DNA of 64,000 bases from a bacterium (GTDB taxonomy: Bacteria; Zhuqueibacterota; Zhuqueibacteria; Residuimicrobiales; Krinioviventaceae). Below, in pieces: positions 58,164 to 64,000 of the stretch. A model generated the notes under the pieces. That model saw only the letters and a program-made list of their open reading frames with translations. It was not told where the DNA came from and made no database searches. A program made the position numbers and the translations under genes. The stretch is taken from the NCBI GenBank assembly GCA_963693055.1, contig OY843751.1, forward strand, positions 480,001-544,000, given 5' to 3'. Every line of letters starts with the position of its first letter. Position 1 is the first letter of the stretch.

Positions 58164-59417
58164 GTGCTGAATGAAAGCGATATTAAAGATTCACTTGTAC
58201 TGATTGTAGATGATAATCCTAAAAATATTCAGGTTTTGGGAAAAATATTAACCATACATGGTTTCAGACCGGCAATTGCATCAAGTGGTAAGCAAGCTGT
58301 TAAAATTACACAAAAAAGAAAACCGGATTTGATATTGATGGATATTATGATGCCGGAAATGGATGGATTTGAAACTACTAAACAGATCAAGAACAATCCG
58401 GATTTGATAGACATCCCTGTAATATTTCTTACTGCCAAGGTTGAATTGCAGAGTAAACTCAAAGGTTTTGAACTGGGTGCAGTAGATTATATTATTAAAC
58501 CTTTTGAATCCATTGAGGTAATGAAAAGGGTGGAAACTCATCTGAAACTAAAAAAAGCGGTTGATATTATTACAAAATATAATAATGAGCTTGAAGTCCT
58601 TTTAGAAGAACGAACTCGCGATTTGATTGCAACAGAGCGGCATGCAGCTTTTAGTTTGATGATTCAGGGGCTTATACATAATTTTAAAAATGTGCTTACG
58701 GGTATATATAGTTATGGTGATTATTTGCAATACAAGATGGCCGACCTTGAAGAAAAGATATCTAATAATGATTTGGACATGGAAGGGGTCAGCGAGAAAA
58801 TTACAGAGATGATCCCTTATTGTGATAAAGTTGTAGAACGGTCTCATGATATGAATGATATGGTAAGCTCGCTTATGATAAAAAGTCGTCAGGATAAAAG
58901 TACTGAAATACAACTTGTAGATTTAAACGATTTGTTAAAACGGGAATTGGATTTTTATAATGCCAATATGCAATACAAACACAATGTTACCAAAGAAATT
59001 TATCTAAGTAATGATGCCTTGTATGCGCAAATCGTTCCAGGTGAAATGACCCAGGTATTTCAAAATCTTATCAGTAACGCACTGGATGCTTTTGGCGATA
59101 CCAAAAAGGGTATGCTTGAATTTACTTCCGGAAGAGAAAATGGCAATGTCTGGATATCTATAAAAGACAATGGCCCTGGTATTCCTCAGGAGATTCAAAC
59201 TAAAATATTTGAACCATTTTTTACAACCAAAAAAAGGGCAGATAATCAAGATGAAGGGCCATCAGGTACAGGTTTGGGTTTGTACATGTGTAAACAAACT
59301 GTAGAATCATACGATGGAGAGTTGAAACTAGAATCTCAAGTGGGGCAGGGAACCCGTTTTAAAATAATATTGCCGGAAGGTAATAAAGGAAATGGGCTGG
59401 ATAATATTATTTGTTGA
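58164..59417 (+). CDS. Receiver-histidine kinase hybrid
   Basis: VDD, LMDIMMP.MDG, KPF; H-box HNFKN, NLISNA, DNGPGIP, GTGLGL. GTG 58164 follows agaggt. Confidence 0.9.
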   Translation: MLNESDIKDSLVLIVDDNPKNIQVLGKILTIHGFRPAIASSGKQAVKITQKRKPDLILMDIMMPEMDGFETTKQIKNNPDLIDIPVIFLTAKVELQSKLKGFELGAVDYIIKPFESIEVMKRVETHLKLKKAVDIITKYNNELEVLLEERTRDLIATERHAAFSLMIQGLIHNFKNVLTGIYSYGDYLQYKMADLEEKISNNDLDMEGVSEKITEMIPYCDKVVERSHDMNDMVSSLMIKSRQDKSTEIQLVDLNDLLKRELDFYNANMQYKHNVTKEIYLSNDALYAQIVPGEMTQVFQNLISNALDAFGDTKKGMLEFTSGRENGNVWISIKDNGPGIPQEIQTKIFEPFFTTKKRADNQDEGPSGTGLGLYMCKQTVESYDGELKLESQVGQGTRFKIILPEGNKGNGLDNIIC

Positions 59418-60210
59418 TTAATTTTGAGGCACCTGCAGTTTTTTCTTTTCTATTGATCCAAAATAGAATATTTTTTTGACTCCGGTCCCATGCTATACCC
59501 TGGCCATGATTATTGATAGGTATTGTTTCTTGCCATTGCAAGATAGAGCCTGCTTTGGGTAGTGATAATACATAAACCTCACCCAGATCATGTCCTGTGC
59601 AGTATAATTTCCCATCAGGGCCCCACGAACCACCCGAGTTACTCATGGGTTTGAACTTTTCAATAATTGTATCCGGAAACGTCCAACTTTGCAGCTCTTG
59701 CCAGTTTTCATCGAGTTGTACCAGTACAGTAGATTCTACTCCCTTGCCGGTTTGTGCTTTAAAACGTTCATAGTGAGAAAAAACCGCCCACCAGGAATCG
59801 TTATAAAAATCTACCCAGGTGCAAGAACCCCATTTAATTCCAAAACTATGCGAACTAATATGTTCAAGCGTTTCAGCATTCCAAATTTCTATAGAACTGG
59901 TCATGGGTATACCCGGATAATTGGAATGGGCCGCGTATAGTTTTCCGTCTATGATTACACCGCTATCCAGATGTATTATGGGTTCGCTTTCTGAGCTTTT
60001 CCAGGATTTTATCAGTCTGTGTGTTGTTTTATCATACTTTGCTATTTTTTTTGTAGAGATGGTATAAATTGCATGACTGTCTACCGCTATACCCTGATGG
60101 GCATCGGGACAAGGGAATTCTAATAGAGTCTGAAATTCAGACTGCTGCGAAAATGAGCACATTGAGGATAACAGTATGAACAGAAATGTTTGAAATGCTG
60201 TTTTTTTCAT
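59407..60210 (-). CDS. Hypothetical exported protein (beta-propeller-like)
   Basis: Signal peptide; AHQGIAVD, HLDSG, SNSGGSWGPDG, GQGIAWD. Confidence 0.7.
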   Translation of the reverse strand: MKKTAFQTFLFILLSSMCSFSQQSEFQTLLEFPCPDAHQGIAVDSHAIYTISTKKIAKYDKTTHRLIKSWKSSESEPIIHLDSGVIIDGKLYAAHSNYPGIPMTSSIEIWNAETLEHISSHSFGIKWGSCTWVDFYNDSWWAVFSHYERFKAQTGKGVESTVLVQLDENWQELQSWTFPDTIIEKFKPMSNSGGSWGPDGKLYCTGHDLGEVYVLSLPKAGSILQWQETIPINNHGQGIAWDRSQKNILFWINRKEKTAGASKLINK

Positions 60211-61790
60211 AACCGCCCCATTATCTGAGCACATATAATAATAATTACAAGCGCTATGGGATAAACAGTTGCGTAAGCAATTTGAGGGGCATCACAATCG
60301 GTCATGGGGTCAATTGCCGCCAGGCCGGGTGTACTGGTCATGCCGCCGGTTAATGCGCCTAGTAATGTTAAAAAATTAATCTTGAATAAAAATCTGCCAA
60401 TGAATGTCCCTATTACCAGCGGTACCAGGGTAATTATAGCACCTACAATGAATAAGCTCATGCCATATTGTTTATAGCTTTCAGTAATGTGAGAACCCGC
60501 TTCGGTACCTACTGCGGCCAGAAAAAATAATAATCCCAATGTTCTCAAGAGCTGGTTAGCTGTTCCGGACATGGACCATACAATAGGGCCGGTTCGTCCC
60601 AGTTTACTAAGTAGTATCGCAACTGTTAAAACACCTCCGGTCAAACCCAGGCTAAAGGATGTGGTCCCATACAGGGGAATACGAAGCTTGCCGATTAAGA
60701 TACCTAAAACTATACCCACTGCAATAGGAAGGAAATCGGTTTCTGAGAGTTTACTGGCATTATTGCCCAACAGCTTTATAATATTTTTCATGTTTCCTTG
60801 ATCACTGGCGATCATTAGTTTGTCACCCATCCGAAGTTGATTGTTCGGACTAGGCGAAATGTCAATACCACTTCTGCGAATACGTGTGACATTGGCGTTA
60901 TAATTACGCAGCAGGTTCAATTCACCCAGTGATTTTCCTACAACTTTTTTATTCGTGATCAATATCCACTGCACATCATAACCCTTGCCAAGGGGCATCT
61001 CATCATCTGTTTTTGAACCAATTAAGATTTTAATACGTTCAAGATCTTTTTCCGAACCAACGGCTTTAATCATATCTCCGGTATAAAGAACGGTTTCCGG
61101 TACGGGGGTTATGGCTTCATCTTTGTGCATAACCCTTGAGATCGTTGCGCCTGTCATGGTTTTTACCTGCATTTCGCGCAAGGTTTTTCCGTTTACATTT
61201 ATATTTTCAACAATAAAGTTTGCGTTAAAGATTTTCGGGTATTGTGCATAAGCTTCTTTGTTATGATCGAGCACTGCCTGGTGAATGTCGACCTTGATGG
61301 CTTTGGGTAAAAGTCTAACGAAAAGAATAACTCCCAGCACACCAAAGGGGTATGCAACACCATAGCCAATTGAGGCAATAGGCGAACCTGCACTTTCTAT
61401 GGCTGCGGCAAGCCCAGGAGTACTGGTTAAGGCACCGGTTAAAAGTCCTACACCAATTTTATAATCAATACCGTATACTTTAACAAGCGCAATGGCAATT
61501 AATGTTGCGCTGACCATCATTGCTACAACAGTCAGAATAATCTTTAGACCTTGCTTTTGAAACGACCCAAAAAATCCAGGCCCGGCCTGAATACCAATTG
61601 TAAAAATGAATAACAAAACACCTATTTTGTTAAAATCCTGGGGAACAATGATACCAAAATAACCCATAACAAGTGCAACAAATATTACCGCTGAAATATC
61701 GAGCGATATCCCTTTAATCTTGATATGCCCAAACAAGATCCCCAGGGCTATAATCAAAAAGAGAGCAAAATAACTTTCAGATAACAGCAA
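60207..61790 (-). CDS. AspT/YidE/YbjL antiporter with two TrkA-C domains
   Basis: GALTSTPGL and GGMTSTPGL duplicated motifs, IG.QAGP.FF, TRIRRSG. Confidence 0.92.
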   Translation of the reverse strand: MLLSESYFALFLIIALGILFGHIKIKGISLDISAVIFVALVMGYFGIIVPQDFNKIGVLLFIFTIGIQAGPGFFGSFQKQGLKIILTVVAMMVSATLIAIALVKVYGIDYKIGVGLLTGALTSTPGLAAAIESAGSPIASIGYGVAYPFGVLGVILFVRLLPKAIKVDIHQAVLDHNKEAYAQYPKIFNANFIVENINVNGKTLREMQVKTMTGATISRVMHKDEAITPVPETVLYTGDMIKAVGSEKDLERIKILIGSKTDDEMPLGKGYDVQWILITNKKVVGKSLGELNLLRNYNANVTRIRRSGIDISPSPNNQLRMGDKLMIASDQGNMKNIIKLLGNNASKLSETDFLPIAVGIVLGILIGKLRIPLYGTTSFSLGLTGGVLTVAILLSKLGRTGPIVWSMSGTANQLLRTLGLLFFLAAVGTEAGSHITESYKQYGMSLFIVGAIITLVPLVIGTFIGRFLFKINFLTLLGALTGGMTSTPGLAAIDPMTDCDAPQIAYATVYPIALVIIIICAQIMGRL

Positions 61791-61944
61791 AATATTTCTC
61801 CAATAATTGAATGGATAATATACAAAAAAGCAAACACAATTTAAATTAAATTTTAGTAATTGTAGAGCGTAAAGTTTTGAATGAAATATTTTTTGTTTTT
61901 TTTACTTGAAAATTGTAAGTTAGTAAAAGTAAAAAGGACAGGTA

Positions 61945-62430
61945 ATGAAAACGCTAAAAGAGATAATTTGTATTGTTGCTATATCAGTCGTATTGGGTTT
62001 ACTGGTGAATATGTTTCATCCCGAGCCTGCTGTATTATCCTGGGAGCGGCCTTTGCCCTTGATGAATAAAAGTGATGGGATGGAGATTGGTACTGATCCT
62101 GCAATTATTTCCATAGATCAGTTGAAGGATTTGATAGAAAAGGGGAATGTTTTAATCATAGACGCAAGATTGCCTGAGGAATATAATGTTGGGCATATCC
62201 CCGATGCGATCAATGTTTCATTTGATCTGCTGGGGGAACATGTACAAAAAATATTGCAAGAACCACGCGACCGTGCTCTTGTTACATATTGTGATGGACC
62301 TCCCTGTGAAAAAAGTGTTGTGTTGGCAACAGAATTGAAAAGTTTGGAATTTACCAAAGTTTATGTCTTTTATGATGGCCTGGAAGATTGGATCGGAAAT
62401 GGTAATCGGGTAACAGAGGAGGCAGAGTGA
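61945..62430 (+). CDS. Rhodanese-like domain protein
   Basis: IDAR...EY..GHIPDA.N, YCDGPPC, GL..W; N-terminal anchor. Confidence 0.88.
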   Translation: MKTLKEIICIVAISVVLGLLVNMFHPEPAVLSWERPLPLMNKSDGMEIGTDPAIISIDQLKDLIEKGNVLIIDARLPEEYNVGHIPDAINVSFDLLGEHVQKILQEPRDRALVTYCDGPPCEKSVVLATELKSLEFTKVYVFYDGLEDWIGNGNRVTEEAE

Positions 62431-62849
62431 TGAAAAAATGGATAATTCTGGGAATCCGTCTAATACTGGCCGCGGTTTTTATTTATGCGGGCATAGGAAA
62501 AATACTAGACCCTGCAGGCTTTACTGCTGATATAGAAAATTACAGGCTTTTACCCTATTTTCTTTCTGCTTTGACTGCTGTGGTATTACCATGGATTGAG
62601 GTGATATGTGGAATTTTGCTGATAACCGGTAAATGGATTAACGGTGCATCTTTGATCATTATAATATTGAATATGGTTTTTATAATTGCTATAACAAGTG
62701 CTATTTTGAGGGGGCTGGATATAAATTGTGGATGTTTTTCTTTGAGCAAAGAAGGTTCAAGCGTATCAATAGTTCGTATCGCGGAAGATTTTTTGTTTTT
62801 AGGATTTGCAATAGTGATATTTCTTGTTAATCGTAAATCGGCTTTATAG
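62427..62849 (+). CDS. MauE/DoxX-family membrane protein
   Basis: R..LA.VF..AG..KI.DP..F, LPW.E, GLDINCGCF. Confidence 0.9.
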   Translation: MMKKWIILGIRLILAAVFIYAGIGKILDPAGFTADIENYRLLPYFLSALTAVVLPWIEVICGILLITGKWINGASLIIIILNMVFIIAITSAILRGLDINCGCFSLSKEGSSVSIVRIAEDFLFLGFAIVIFLVNRKSAL

Positions 62850-62989
62850 TATTTATCAGGAATTTTAAAAATATCTCTGTTTATCCTTGTTTATCAACAA
62901 AATTTTTATTATAACTGTATAATATAGTATTAAATGTTTTATTTGTTTAAACAAGTTTTAAATTGAATGATTTGAATAAAAAAATCAAC

Positions 62990-64000
62990 ATGAATAGCAA
63001 TTCGAGTAATATTGTTCTTTTTTTTGAACTGTATTTGATTTGGTTGCTGCCTTTTTTTGTTTTGGAATTATATTCCAGTTCAGGTAGATTGTTCTCTCAA
63101 GATTATCATCCCTTTTATATTATTAATTCTATTATTTTGCTAATCGCCTTGGTTCCCGTTTTTGCGAAATCTGTTTTGAAGCAGAATTTTCGTTATAATA
63201 TCTATATTGCAATATTTTTAGTATTAGGATTTACCCATTTGTTGCAGTGGGGGCCCATGGGTTCAGCCAGCATGTATTATATTTCTGCATTGATTTTTGT
63301 TATTGCAGGACAAAGGTTACATCGATCATATCTGCTTCCTTTCAGTATGGCTTTGTACCTGATAATCTCTATCCTTATTCTAACTGATATAGTCCCTGTG
63401 TTTTTGATCGATGAAAATCAAACATTGTTTAAAACCTTTTCTTTTTTTGCTTCGTTTGGTTTGCTGATATATATGATTGTTTTGCTGAATGGTAACCAAA
63501 ACAAAAAAGTTTTTGTGAGTAATGAGGGGGGGCTGGATTATAAAAGTTTGTTTGAAAATTCGATATTGGGTATCTATCGATCAACGCCAGGTGGAGAAAT
63601 CCAATATGCCAACCCTGCTTTGTTAAAAATGCTTGGATATAATACTCTGGAAGAATTACAGGAACGAAACCTTGAGCAGGATGGCTATCTTGAAAGTGAT
63701 TCCCGTACAAAATTCAAAGAGCAAATTGAACAAAAAGGCCGAATTGTTGGATTTGAGTCAGCATGGAAAAAATATGATAAATCTTTTATATATATTCGAG
63801 AAAATGCAATCTGTGTTCGTGCTAAAAATAAAATACTTTATTATGAAGGCACAGTAGAAGATATTACCGAACGTAAATTTACTGAGGAACGGTTGCGTCT
63901 TTTTCAGAGTGCATTGGCAGCTTCTTCAGATGCCGTGGGAATGTCTACCCCTGAAGGTGTGCACTGGTTTCAAAACAAAATATTTGATGAGCTTTTTGGA
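62990..64000 (+). CDS. Membrane PAS-domain sensor (partial; runs off the window and is absent from the ORF track)
   Basis: Open frame MNSNSSNIVLFF... with TM helices, then YKSLFENSILGIYRSTPGG.I.YANPAL..MLGY ... EGTVEDITERK. Confidence 0.85.
   Translation, partial: MNSNSSNIVLFFELYLIWLLPFFVLELYSSSGRLFSQDYHPFYIINSIILLIALVPVFAKSVLKQNFRYNIYIAIFLVLGFTHLLQWGPMGSASMYYISALIFVIAGQRLHRSYLLPFSMALYLIISILILTDIVPVFLIDENQTLFKTFSFFASFGLLIYMIVLLNGNQNKKVFVSNEGGLDYKSLFENSILGIYRSTPGGEIQYANPALLKMLGYNTLEELQERNLEQDGYLESDSRTKFKEQIEQKGRIVGFESAWKKYDKSFIYIRENAICVRAKNKILYYEGTVEDITERKFTEERLRLFQSALAASSDAVGMSTPEGVHWFQNKIFDELFG

Noticed and set aside
1-64000. tRNA, rRNA, tmRNA, riboswitch or integron attC array
   Set aside because: No recognisable signatures by eye; a covariance-model scan would be needed to exclude them fully.

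Overview
A 64-kb stretch of bacterial chromosome, probably from an FCB-group lineage such as KSB1 or Calditrichota. This is inferred from a FlgD-type 'NFPNPFNP' T9SS sorting domain, a TonB-dependent receptor/DUF4249 pair and many lipoproteins. Most of it is housekeeping and envelope genes: menF-D-H-B, a POT transporter, GH20, HAD pairs, an orphan SNF2 helicase, CPBP proteases, an ECF sigma/anti-sigma operon, djlA, Tat aldo-keto reductases, proA, a DEAD-box helicase, BlaI/M56-M23, NRAMP, a FIST-PAS kinase cluster, an AspT/YidE antiporter and rhodanese/MauE. The standout is 27852-31582. Two different ~1.85-kb units sit back to back right at the stop codon of a T9SS cargo gene. Each has its own terminal inverted repeats and encodes only a pair of DUF1670-like proteins (A and B subtype) joined by the same CG-A9 slippery run. 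They look like members of an insertion-sequence family with no recognisable DDE, HUH or serine transposase. A second highlight is three tandem, ECF-promoter-driven, terminator-ended small RNA candidates carrying UACCC motifs (32529-32952). No tRNA, rRNA or CRISPR array was seen. All family assignments come from reading motifs, not from database searches.
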